Origin: a virus | Taxonomy: Duplodnaviria; Caudoviricetes | DNA length: 64,000 nt | IMG/VR virus record: IMGVR_UViG_2693429827_000001 | Span: 4,085 to 68,084 of that record | Strand: one strand, 5' to 3' | Part shown: piece by piece, positions 17,463 through 27,046 of the stretch | Layout: each line of letters begins with the position of its first letter | Numbering within the stretch: the first letter of the stretch is position 1 | The notes under the pieces: generated by a model | What the model saw: the letters and a program-made list of their open reading frames with translations, nothing else | Told to the model about the DNA's origin: nothing | Databases searched by the model: none | Translations under genes and position numbers: made by a program

Positions 17463-19688
17463 TTAGCGTACGGACCTATTAGTATAAAGAAGAATTTCAT
17501 CCAAGACTAATTCACAGACAATTTGACACTCAATACTTACTGACGACTCTTGATTCGGCTTCCACCCGTCAAGTGGGTATTCATGGTACCCATTCGGGTA
17601 GCACCTACTAATTACGTGCTCTAGTATCGCACAGGATTGTTGTAGACTTGAGATTGTGCCCGCCCTATACAGGACAACCGCTGAATAAAAAGCTGTATGA
17701 ACAAATCCCCATCTTGAGTTGATATAGTTATATCCGACCTCTTTTATGAACCCGGCAGGCGTAGAGTAATCGAGTAAGTAATTATAAATATGAAACGAAG
17801 GTATAGATACAGCTTTGGTGTAATCAAATAAACTAAAACCGTGGTAATGAGAGAGCTGTTGTGTGAATACTTCTTGCCCAATAGCGTAAGGAAGGATATT
17901 TTTATAGAGAGGCCCACTCTCAAATCTCACCTTAACTCTATTGTAGGCAGCCTCCCTGGTTGGATTCTTCTGGAGGTTCAAACTACTCTTTAGATACCTC
18001 AGTGCACAAGCTTCTGCATTCATGTTATCCGATACCAAAGTGCTGAGCGTGATTTTACCATTTCCCCCACTAAACTCTTCCATCAGGACGATTGCGTCTG
18101 CCAAAGCGTGAATAACACTTTCTACAAATTCTAGCTCCTTAACTTTTCCTTTTTGAGCGCATTTAGCTCTAAAGTACTCAAGGGCGCTCATATCTCTCCC
18201 AATGTACTCAAGACCTCGATTTGGATAAACACCGAAAATCCCCGTTACTGTACCGCCTCCATAGGTAACATCTAGTGCGGATTTAAACAGACCCCATGAA
18301 GTATCAAAGTTGTCTATTCCGTTTATCTCAGCGTACGCCAAATGAATAAGAGATCTTAGCAGAGGGAAGTTTGTCTCGGTCAAGGCTTTTTCAGCATTTA
18401 AGTTTATGAACACTTTAGAAAGTGCAATAGCTTTTCGTCTAAGAACTTCTTTAGATTCCTTTGTTGCAACACTTCTTGGTGTATTCATAAGCCTATTAAC
18501 CGTGTCAGTTACATTTTTACTTACAGCTACATCAGTCCCTGTAGTAAAATGAAATTTCGCACTGTAATAGCTACCGTTAGGAATATTCATGGTTTTAGGA
18601 GAAGTGTTGTACCATGTTGCATTCATATAAGTAAAGCCCGCATCGTTAGAACTAAGTACCTGCGCGGAGTATCTATTCTCTGCCGGGTTATTGTCTGGTA
18701 TATATTGAAAATATTTAATTTGAGTTAGAAGAGACGTATCCCCGACTTTTATACCTTTGTATCCTTCCCCACTGACTTCACCCGATTTTTGCATCGCTAG
18801 TTTGAATGCAACCCCATTTAGAACTCCGGCAGCAATATCGGCATCTGCTCTTACAAAGAAATGCATATCAAACTTTCCATTAGCCCACAATCGGACAGTT
18901 GATGTGACAGTAATTCCTTCGTTGTACTTATACTTGAACGAAGAAATATAATCCTTAAAAACCACACCGGACCCACTTACGGTCCTATTGATGTTAGTTG
19001 TTTCAGTGGTTACATTGGAATTGATATCGGAATAAGTATTGTTTTTTATTGCCACTCTTTGGAGTACTGTCCCGCCTACCAAGTCTATACCATTTACAAA
19101 AACATGCCTCAGTAAGAAACCAAGATCCTCATGGAACCTTAACCCAACGTTATTAGCTATTAATTCCTCGCGAACTGTACCTGGAGTTGACTGAATGACG
19201 TTGTGGAGCACTCTTTCAGGGTACGTATTTAAACGCTCTTTGTCATAGACCCTGATTGTAAACACCTTAGATTCCCCCGGACTTAAAGAAGCTATAAGCC
19301 AAAGATATCCACATTTCAGTGATCCATCGTCGTAACTTCCAAAGTCATCGTCTATACTAGGATTAGGGTGCTTGTCAGCTTCCCATTGAAAAGGTACTAG
19401 ATCGTTGTTACTATCGTAAACCTCTATATAGTTTGTGGTTGCACACTCACCCTTTTTAAATACAATATAAATTGCCATTTGCTCCTGCACCATTGGGATG
19501 TCCAATGGATTTTGAAGCACCGCTTGGTATAGCCTATAGTCAATTCGGTTTATCTCCAAACTCTCATTAAATGTGTTTAACTTTGCTTCCTGCCTATCCT
19601 CATTTAGTAAAGATAGATCTAGCTGTTGCTGGAAAAGTTGAGGATTCTCTGGAATAGTTATGTCATAATATGAGATCTTTTTAGTCAC
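17463..19688 (-). CDS. 741-aa protein with YetA/PcRGLX (PL26)-like N-terminal domain
   Basis: VFKKGE...VYD.NNDLVPFQ...YDDGSLK...L.PGESK pattern recalled from YetA-like proteins; beta centre, helical C-terminus; AT-rich; GGAGG RBS. Confidence 0.6.
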   Translation of the reverse strand: MTKKISYYDITIPENPQLFQQQLDLSLLNEDRQEAKLNTFNESLEINRIDYRLYQAVLQNPLDIPMVQEQMAIYIVFKKGECATTNYIEVYDSNNDLVPFQWEADKHPNPSIDDDFGSYDDGSLKCGYLWLIASLSPGESKVFTIRVYDKERLNTYPERVLHNVIQSTPGTVREELIANNVGLRFHEDLGFLLRHVFVNGIDLVGGTVLQRVAIKNNTYSDINSNVTTETTNINRTVSGSGVVFKDYISSFKYKYNEGITVTSTVRLWANGKFDMHFFVRADADIAAGVLNGVAFKLAMQKSGEVSGEGYKGIKVGDTSLLTQIKYFQYIPDNNPAENRYSAQVLSSNDAGFTYMNATWYNTSPKTMNIPNGSYYSAKFHFTTGTDVAVSKNVTDTVNRLMNTPRSVATKESKEVLRRKAIALSKVFINLNAEKALTETNFPLLRSLIHLAYAEINGIDNFDTSWGLFKSALDVTYGGGTVTGIFGVYPNRGLEYIGRDMSALEYFRAKCAQKGKVKELEFVESVIHALADAIVLMEEFSGGNGKITLSTLVSDNMNAEACALRYLKSSLNLQKNPTREAAYNRVKVRFESGPLYKNILPYAIGQEVFTQQLSHYHGFSLFDYTKAVSIPSFHIYNYLLDYSTPAGFIKEVGYNYINSRWGFVHTAFYSAVVLYRAGTISSLQQSCAILEHVISRCYPNGYHEYPLDGWKPNQESSVSIECQIVCELVLDEILLYTNRSVR

Positions 19689-19709
19689 TCTTTCTAACCT
19701 CCCTCTCTA

Positions 19710-20528
19710 TTAATCTGGACGCCTCACCGGACTCACTACGTGCTTACAACGCGGATGAAATATCTCGCGCCTCGGTAACGCACCAATCTCCGGATAATCT
19801 CCCGGAGCGTCCGGCGTTAATTTCACGATACGCCCTTCCCAATTGCGGCACGCATCCTTTGCGCCATGGCTCGATATCCGCCCGTACATCACATCACGGT
19901 CGAGCGCTTCGTTAATCGTTCCGTCTATCTGTGCGCGCATCATCTTCGTTCGCACAACGGTCTCAACGTAAACTTCCGGCTTCCAACGCCGGCCCGCTGC
20001 ATCGATAATCCCCGTTTCAACCGCACCGTTCAACGTTGTTCTCATCCGCTGCAGAATGTCGGCGCTTATCGTTCGTCGTCCGTTTATTCCCGCGGCCATG
20101 TTCGCGCGCATTGCGTCGGCTGTCGCTTGGCGCACCGCTTGTCTAACGCGACGGTCCACGTTTTGTGTCACCGCGAGCAAATCGGACTGAGTATCCGCAA
20201 TGGCCGCCGCAACCATCTCGCGATTAGTCCGATTAAACTTAACGATGTCGCGCGCTTCCTCAACCGTTGCGACTACGCCGAGGTCGACGATGGTCCGCGT
20301 TACGCCATCCGTTACGGCAATCGGAATATTGGCGGAAACCCATTCCGCTGACTCTTCGTTAAGTGCGGTTAAGATGGCGGCGACCTCTGCGAGTGCTGCC
20401 GTTGTCTGTGCGCGAGACATATCGGTTAGGTCCAGACGCGATAATTCGGCGGTAATATCACGTACTGCCCGTTTGTATGCGGCGATAAGGCGTTCAATGT
20501 CGCGGTCGTAATTCGGCTCCGGAAACAT
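19710..20528 (-). CDS. Minor capsid/head morphogenesis protein
   Basis: DAAGRRW..EVY..TVVRT, ISSHGA.D.C..WEG, FHPRCKH motifs. Confidence 0.88.
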   Translation of the reverse strand: MFPEPNYDRDIERLIAAYKRAVRDITAELSRLDLTDMSRAQTTAALAEVAAILTALNEESAEWVSANIPIAVTDGVTRTIVDLGVVATVEEARDIVKFNRTNREMVAAAIADTQSDLLAVTQNVDRRVRQAVRQATADAMRANMAAGINGRRTISADILQRMRTTLNGAVETGIIDAAGRRWKPEVYVETVVRTKMMRAQIDGTINEALDRDVMYGRISSHGAKDACRNWEGRIVKLTPDAPGDYPEIGALPRREIFHPRCKHVVSPVRRPD

Positions 20529-21493
20529 TACGCTGCACTCCTCTCCCCGAGGTTGTCCGCTTTACTTAGAAGCCGATCAAATTCAGCGATGTAGTGAGTA
20601 AGTCCGGCATCTTCCAACTCTCCGTAATACTGACTTACATGACGTAACTTTAGTCGTGGCGTATCGTGCTGAATATCACTCCCACGTAAATAAACTACAA
20701 TTAACTCGTCACAATGAGGAAGATACTTTTCTATTGATGAAGAACAAAAAACTGTCCAAGAGGACAGTTTCGCGTCAATAAATATGTTATTATCCTCATC
20801 GTAAAAGTCTGGCATAATTGTGTTATTACACAGTCTCTTTTGGTATGAGAAATTATATCCGAGATCCTGATACATTTGCCAAAGCAATCGCTCAAATGAT
20901 TTTCCTAAATGAGAATCGTATTTCATCGCACATATATGATCATCCAGTTTCTCACCTACAGAAGACAACGCATTCTCATAACTACCGAAACAACGAACGG
21001 CGACCTCATGAACCGTGGGAAAGCGGGTCTTCACACTTGTTATATTAAGTGGCCCTCCATCGTCTCTTATCTCACGCAACACATCCAGTAAATCCTCTCC
21101 GGCCCACTCACGCACCTGCCGTTTTATGACACTAACATCCATACCTAAATCATCACAGAGAGCGTCGTATGAACCGTAGTGCTTTCGTATTGCGTGATCC
21201 AACTTTTTATGCTTTCGGGACAGCTCAGAGATTGAGGATACGTCTTCTAACGCAACTAGGAATTCTCTCTTTATCATATCCCGATCCCAAAAGGTGAGTG
21301 GAGAGACATTCTCTTTGGTTAGCCCGATTTCAGCTAAGGCTTTGTAATGACTCCCGAAATAAGTCTCCATAGCGCCACGTAATGACTGGTCTTCTTTTCG
21401 AATAGCAGAAGATGTCATTGACTTTCCTTGTTTGTGTCGCTCAGCTAAAGCTGAAATTACTAGTTCTCTGCTCCATTTATTCTTTCTAGCCAT
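20528..21493 (-). CDS. Putative free-standing endonuclease: three helical repeats plus PD-(D/E)XK domain
   Basis: Repeats W.RE...(Y/F)GS(H/Y)..AL; C-terminal PDFY...IDAK. Confidence 0.65.
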   Translation of the reverse strand: MARKNKWSRELVISALAERHKQGKSMTSSAIRKEDQSLRGAMETYFGSHYKALAEIGLTKENVSPLTFWDRDMIKREFLVALEDVSSISELSRKHKKLDHAIRKHYGSYDALCDDLGMDVSVIKRQVREWAGEDLLDVLREIRDDGGPLNITSVKTRFPTVHEVAVRCFGSYENALSSVGEKLDDHICAMKYDSHLGKSFERLLWQMYQDLGYNFSYQKRLCNNTIMPDFYDEDNNIFIDAKLSSWTVFCSSSIEKYLPHCDELIVVYLRGSDIQHDTPRLKLRHVSQYYGELEDAGLTHYIAEFDRLLSKADNLGERSAA

Positions 21494-21496
21494 TTA

Positions 21497-23077
21497 TCAG
21501 ACCTCCGGAGCGTTGAATATACTTGCATCTACTGTCCCACTAACACGTGCCTCGTCCTCATCGATTCTACGCGCGATCTCATCTGCCTCATCGTCGTTAG
21601 TGCTGTCAAGCCGCTTAATTGCACTCCGCACATCTAAAGTGGGTTTTCCTCCAGTTCGTATCTGCGCCGCCTCAGCTTCCGCTTTGGGGTCCGTAGGAAC
21701 GCCGTCCCTCCAACTGATCTTCGGATAGACCGCTTCATAAGCTTCGAATCCCTCTACGTCTCTATTCGCGAAGTTTTCGAGTTTCATCGCCTTCCAGAGC
21801 GCATTACGAATCGCACGGTCAACATGCGTACGAATCCGTTTTACTTTCGAAAGGATCGGCATGAAGCGCGCTTTAATTGCGCCGGCATCCGTATGAGACG
21901 TACCTGTTCCGCCTTTATCCGCGGCGAGCGTTGTACCGAATAACCATTGCGGCGTTTCGCTAATCTGATAAACGAGTCCTAGTAATATATCGAGTTCCTT
22001 AAACGCGCCTTCTAATTGCGAGTCCCACGTCATATAACCCGGCGTCGGGTCGTCTTTTTCGAGCGGAATATAACGGCCACCGAATCGCGCCGTACTCTCA
22101 TCGTCTGACCAGTCCGGACCGTACGCTGTCGGGTCGCTGTGCTTCCATAAGATATAATCGATTTGCACCATGCGGTCGTTAATCGCGGCCAGCACGCTCT
22201 CCAACTTCTCAACTCCGCTCTCACCACGCCAGTCATCATCCGTTGTCTTATACGGAATGTGCTCGACGAGCATTTCGGGCATCCCCGTTGGCTCAATTTC
22301 CGCTTTCTTGTTCGTAGGTACGCGTTCACCAATCGTATAAAGCGAAATCGGCACGCCCCAATCCGTATCTACTCCGTTTTCCGTAAGCTTATAACGCTCA
22401 TGCAGTATATAGCCGGGTATATGACGCTCAACGTTTAAGTACGCCGTTTCCGTCGTTGGAATACCGCTGAAAAACGACCTAATCGCGCTAGATGATTCGA
22501 CTTCCCATTCGACCCATGCGATATTAATCGCTTTGAACCGTTTCTTTGAACCGCGTGATAACTCCGGAAACACAATCGAAGCGTCTACGGATTCGATAAT
22601 CGGTTCAAGCGTCACTTCCGGCGCTGTAAGTCCGAGTTGTTCGACCTCACTAACGTCAGCACGCGCGGCATAATACGTTTTGATAAACGAGTCGCCACGG
22701 TAGCCGCCGCCGATAGTGGATTCGTGTACGAGCTGCGTTAAATCGTTCTCTTCGACAATCGAGTTTAACCGTTTCTGTTCGCGTGATTCCGGTCCCTTGC
22801 CGCTCTCGTATGTCGGAGGCTCACCGACCATCAAGTCCGCCGGCTTCGTAAGTAGCGCGTCCATAACGTTGACTGCGATAAATAGCGTTTTGAGCTGCGG
22901 TGCGAATGGCGTATCTTTCAAAAGTGAGGACGCACGATCGTATATCTCAACGTGTCGTCCGGAATATATCGCTTTGCCGCGTTTATACTTCGCTAATCGC
23001 GGAATATCTTGCGGCGGCGGGAATTGAGCGCCTGGATAAAACAACTTCGTTTCCTTGATATCGTAAAATTCCGTCAT
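21497..23077 (-). CDS. Portal protein (SPP1-like)
   Basis: Follows terL; HIPY...WRG.S, YMTWD.QL, SETPQWLFG, I.W.DG.P.D. Confidence 0.9.
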   Translation of the reverse strand: MTEFYDIKETKLFYPGAQFPPPQDIPRLAKYKRGKAIYSGRHVEIYDRASSLLKDTPFAPQLKTLFIAVNVMDALLTKPADLMVGEPPTYESGKGPESREQKRLNSIVEENDLTQLVHESTIGGGYRGDSFIKTYYAARADVSEVEQLGLTAPEVTLEPIIESVDASIVFPELSRGSKKRFKAINIAWVEWEVESSSAIRSFFSGIPTTETAYLNVERHIPGYILHERYKLTENGVDTDWGVPISLYTIGERVPTNKKAEIEPTGMPEMLVEHIPYKTTDDDWRGESGVEKLESVLAAINDRMVQIDYILWKHSDPTAYGPDWSDDESTARFGGRYIPLEKDDPTPGYMTWDSQLEGAFKELDILLGLVYQISETPQWLFGTTLAADKGGTGTSHTDAGAIKARFMPILSKVKRIRTHVDRAIRNALWKAMKLENFANRDVEGFEAYEAVYPKISWRDGVPTDPKAEAEAAQIRTGGKPTLDVRSAIKRLDSTNDDEADEIARRIDEDEARVSGTVDASIFNAPEV

Positions 23078-23094
23078 TTGCGGACCTCCTTTCG

Positions 23095-24852
23095 TTAATA
23101 CATCCACGCCGGCTTATTGCGAATCTGTTTCCTCGCTTTAGCCACGTTCTCAACCGCTAGCTGCAAGGCGTCGGCAGAGTCAACGTAGTCTCCGTGCGGA
23201 TATTGCGCTAATTGATCGATAAGCATCGTATGAGAAGCGTTAAGGATAAGCGTTTTGTTATGAAAAAGAGGCTCCAACGATTCAATCCGTTCCTCCTTCG
23301 AGGATTTGTAGGATTTGATATCGTTGAGCCTCGTTCTGTGTATGCCGCTGATTCTCATTCGGTCCTGCAGCTGTCGATAAAATTCATGTTGCGCGTTAAT
23401 CGTTTCTACGCTGAAAACGTTGTGCTTCCACTCTTTCATCTTCTCGATAATCAAGTCGATGTACTTGTGCGGCTGCTCTTTCGACGCGTACTCGTCCAAG
23501 ACGAAAATGTGACCGGTCTTCTCATGTCGACCAACCGTAATTACTGCGTTATAGCACGACCGCGCATTCTTTCCCTGCGCTATATCCCACGCGCCACTTA
23601 TCGTTAATTCTTCAACGGGAATCCTCATGTCTTCATACCGAATGTAGCGACGCCCGTGCTCGTATTCAAAACGAAAGTAACCGTATGTGTCCGGGAAGAA
23701 GAATTGCTCGTCCTCACTAAACGCCAGATTACGAAACTCCGAGTTATATGCGCGCGTTCCCATATTGACTTTCTCATGCATTAGCGCGCGATAAGTCCAG
23801 CGCCAAGGCCACGCAAGTTCTACGCCTTCCTCTAGCGCTTCTTTATTCGCTCCGTAAAACGCGTCCGCTTCCGCCATATCTTCGGATCGTGCGTATATCT
23901 CGCAATACTGATCCCATAGCTGCGGATTCGACGGTTCGGATACGACCGCACCGTGAAACGACGATTCAAAGTCTCTCCGCTTGAGAACGTGATTAAGTAG
24001 ACCTGTCGCGCTGACCATCGTACCGACGAGAATAATCGCTGTCGACTTCGTACCAATCGGCACGACTACGGAATTAAACCAGTGAATCAGCTTTTCCCGC
24101 GCTTCCTTCGTACCTTCGTTATTCGTTGACGATGGATCATCGACTATAACGAGGTCAGGCCGATAAGAACCGTGACGCTTACCGCGGAGTTGCTTACCGG
24201 ACGATGACGCCTCGACAAGCGTGCCTGACGCGGTGATAAACGCCTCTTCGTTGTCCTTCTCGTTCAAGTTGTTCCGTTCGTTTAGTAGATTACCGAAGTC
24301 TTCGCGTAATTTCTCGTTGAACTTAAGCTGCTTATTAACCCACCCGATAAGCTTCTTAGAGAGCGAGTCCGTTTCGGAAATAACTAGGATGTATTTGCGC
24401 TTTCGATATACGATCTGATGCAACGGAAATCCGTTCGAGAACTTACCGGATTTGGAGTGTCCCCGCGCTGCAGCAATCGCAAGCCGCGCATTTCTAACTA
24501 CGTGATCTACGTGGTTACATAAGTTAAAGAATTCGCGGTGAATCGGCGCTATCTCTTCGAGTGGATCGTGCGGCGTTCCGTCCTCCGCGTTACGAACAAT
24601 GTTATCCTCGTTCTCTGGATTGCCGCCGTCCGACAGGTATTCGTACGTAAAAAACGCGACGTCGTCCTCAGCGCGGTCAATACGCTTTAACCGTTTCAGC
24701 TCCGCCACATCTGCGCGAAATCCCTCTTGATGATACGTTGTTGCTCGTCCGGCTTCGATTAATGCGCGTAATTTCTTCGCCCGTTCACTAACGATTCGGA
24801 TACGTTCTGTTCGCGCAGTCTTATCGAGCCATTCACCGTTAACATACGCCAT
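23095..24852 (-). CDS. terL: Terminase large subunit
   Basis: Walker A variant AARGHSKS, LRG...RPDLVIVDD, VGT, nuclease WDIA and D.VDSADA. Confidence 0.93.
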   Translation of the reverse strand: MAYVNGEWLDKTARTERIRIVSERAKKLRALIEAGRATTYHQEGFRADVAELKRLKRIDRAEDDVAFFTYEYLSDGGNPENEDNIVRNAEDGTPHDPLEEIAPIHREFFNLCNHVDHVVRNARLAIAAARGHSKSGKFSNGFPLHQIVYRKRKYILVISETDSLSKKLIGWVNKQLKFNEKLREDFGNLLNERNNLNEKDNEEAFITASGTLVEASSSGKQLRGKRHGSYRPDLVIVDDPSSTNNEGTKEAREKLIHWFNSVVVPIGTKSTAIILVGTMVSATGLLNHVLKRRDFESSFHGAVVSEPSNPQLWDQYCEIYARSEDMAEADAFYGANKEALEEGVELAWPWRWTYRALMHEKVNMGTRAYNSEFRNLAFSEDEQFFFPDTYGYFRFEYEHGRRYIRYEDMRIPVEELTISGAWDIAQGKNARSCYNAVITVGRHEKTGHIFVLDEYASKEQPHKYIDLIIEKMKEWKHNVFSVETINAQHEFYRQLQDRMRISGIHRTRLNDIKSYKSSKEERIESLEPLFHNKTLILNASHTMLIDQLAQYPHGDYVDSADALQLAVENVAKARKQIRNKPAWMY

Positions 24853-24870
24853 TAGAACGCACCTCCTCCG

Positions 24871-25305
24871 TTAGTTTTCGTCGTTTAATAGCTCGTCTAG
24901 CTCCGCGATTTCTTGCGCGATATCTTCGTTCGTACGCGCTGATCCGGCTTCCTTCGTCTCTACCGAAACATTCTGCGTAATAAGTCCGTGACGCTTAAAG
25001 TACAAATCGATACCTTTAATCGACGGTTGCGATCCGCTTATCGTCTTCATGAGCTGCCGATATACATACGCGCGCTCAGATTCGAGGAACTCGTCCGCCA
25101 AGTAATTAACGTAATCAATGAATGCGCGATTCTGCGTGCGCCACTTATATAGTGACTGGCGCGATACGCCGACCTCGTCCGCAATCTCATCAAAACTTAC
25201 GCGCTCATTCTCCGCTGTAAATTCGCGTTCTACGCATTTTAGCGCTGCAATAATTTGGCGCGGGTCTAACTTCGCTTCGAGCGTTGCTTTTCGTTTATCC
25301 GCCAT
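24871..25305 (-). CDS. terS: Terminase small subunit (HTH)
   Basis: EIADEVGVSRQSLYKWR HTH; immediately upstream of terL. Confidence 0.8.
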   Translation of the reverse strand: MADKRKATLEAKLDPRQIIAALKCVEREFTAENERVSFDEIADEVGVSRQSLYKWRTQNRAFIDYVNYLADEFLESERAYVYRQLMKTISGSQPSIKGIDLYFKRHGLITQNVSVETKEAGSARTNEDIAQEIAELDELLNDEN

Positions 25306-25532
25306 ACTTGCGTTCTCCTTTCGTTTTCACGTGAAATTAGCGCGTATCAGCGCGTATCACACGCAAGGGGTACGTTTGCCCCATTCGCCTATGAAACGCG
25401 CTAATTTAACGGTAATTCTACGTCATTTTACGTGCTGATTCCGCTACCCGAGTTCAAAATTTTGCTCGCGAATTGTATACAGCTGTCGGGGCCGTTTACG
25501 CTACCGGCTTGGGGGGGCCGCGGATTATCGTA

Positions 25533-25605
25533 GTCATAACTTAAAAGTATTGACACCGATCATTAATACGCGTAGAATCAAGGCATCAAACGGTGTCATA
25601 ACTTA
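25533..25605 (+). promoter_or_regulatory. sigmaA promoter and probable res/binding sites of the serine recombinase
   Basis: TTGACA(25550)-N17-TAGAAT(25573); direct repeat GTCATAACTTA at 25533 and 25595; inverted TGACACCG/CGGTGTCA. Confidence 0.65.
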
Positions 25606-25631
25606 TATTCTAAATCAACGGAGGGATATGT

Positions 25632-26198
25632 ATGATATACGGCTATGCTCGCGTCTCAACAATCGGCCAGGACTTAAACTCGCAGATAGAAGCGCTTAAG
25701 GCTAACGGCGCTAACGTTATATACTCGGAAAAGTTTACCGGTACCAAGAAGGACCGCCCGGAGTTCATCCGCCTACTGAGCGTTCTTCAATCCGGAGATA
25801 CGCTTATCGTCACGAAGCTGGACCGTTTCGCACGTTCGACAGTGGACGCTATTACTACGGTAAAGGAGCTATTTAATCGCGGCGTTAAAATACACGTACT
25901 CAATATGGGCGTTATCGAAGACACCGTAACTGGCCGCCTAATCCTTACGATATTCTCCGGATTCGCCGAGTTTGAGCGCGATATGATCGTAGAACGTACG
26001 CAAGAAGGCAAGGCTATTGCGCGCCAGAAGGACGGATTCACCGAAGGGCGACCGCGTGCCTATACGAAGAAACAGCTCGATCACGCGATTGCGCTATTAA
26101 ACGATAATTCATATAACGAAGTAGCCGCGAAAATGGGTATTAGCAAATCTACGCTGATTCGCGAAGTTAGACGGAGGCGAGCGGCTGAGACCCCGTGA
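25632..26198 (+). CDS. Small serine recombinase (resolvase/invertase family)
   Basis: [33 protein letters not shown]-terminal HTH. Confidence 0.95.
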   Translation: MIYGYARVSTIGQDLNSQIEALKANGANVIYSEKFTGTKKDRPEFIRLLSVLQSGDTLIVTKLDRFARSTVDAITTVKELFNRGVKIHVLNMGVIEDTVTGRLILTIFSGFAEFERDMIVERTQEGKAIARQKDGFTEGRPRAYTKKQLDHAIALLNDNSYNEVAAKMGISKSTLIREVRRRRAAETP

Positions 26199-26367
26199 GT
26201 TTAGGCGGGCGTCTCCGGTCCGAGTCGCTAGTAGCTGAAATGCGCTATCAACGTAAACACGCGCAAACCCTTCCGCTAAACTTTCGCTTCATATAATAGC
26301 GCGCATTCCATACGCTAAATTAACGGTTTACATTAACGCGATTAATACGTCTAGGCATAACGTTTAA

Positions 26368-26574
26368 TCAACGCCTCCATTCGTCAAACTGATCGATCCT
26401 ATACGCAATAATAAATAACGCAGGAACATACGGTATTACCGCCATTAACGCGAGACTCTTCGCTACCTCTACGAATCCACTACGCGATTGAATAGCGTAA
26501 GGAATATAATGCGTAAGAACTACGAGTATTAACGTAACATGAACGCCTAATATAACGAATAGAACGTTTATCAT
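26368..26574 (-). CDS. Small membrane protein
   Basis: Two hydrophobic helices; GGAGG RBS. Confidence 0.6.
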   Translation of the reverse strand: MINVLFVILGVHVTLILVVLTHYIPYAIQSRSGFVEVAKSLALMAVIPYVPALFIIAYRIDQFDEWRR

Positions 26575-26990
26575 TACGCATTCCCTCCGCTCACTGTACG
26601 TTCGCTTAACGCTTTAAATCCGTTAATCCGCGCCATTTAACGCTATAGATATAAACGCTTAATACTAACGCTATTAACGCGTTATTGATACGTTTTAACA
26701 TGCGCTTATCCTCGCCTTCATGAGATACTTCGTTTTGAATATGCTTCTTGTATCTAACAAACAAAAAGAGATAAGCTTCGGGCTTTCGCCCTTGCCGTCG
26801 CCTTTCGGCTCCGACTTATCTATACGCGAATAGAAATATGTGCACAAGGACCATGTTCTTTGGTCCGCAGTGTCGGGCCGCTTTTGCCCGTTTTATTCCG
26901 TATCTTGTTACGGAGTTATACAAGATAAAGAGTTGCTCAAGCCCTAAAACGCCGAAATCCCGCGCCGCTCTAAGGCTCAAGCCACTTTTG

Positions 26991-27041
26991 AACTATGCAA
27001 TATTTGATAGGTAAAACGCTCTAACTATGCAATATTTGATA
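26991..27041. repeat. Two perfect 19-bp direct repeats (iteron-like)
   Basis: AACTATGCAATATTTGATA at 26991-27009 and 27023-27041 (32-bp period). Confidence 0.9.
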
Positions 27042-27046
27042 CCCCT

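Noticed and set aside
25632-26198. Tail-fibre invertase/shufflon
   Set aside because: Recombinase is over 20 kb from the single spike gene; no inverted alternative cassette seen
26769-26821. Hammerhead ribozyme
   Set aside because: Three-stem layout with GUC is similar, but CUGANGA is absent and GAAA is GAAG
26991-27041. Mini CRISPR array
   Set aside because: Only two 19-bp repeats with a 13-bp gap; fits iterons better
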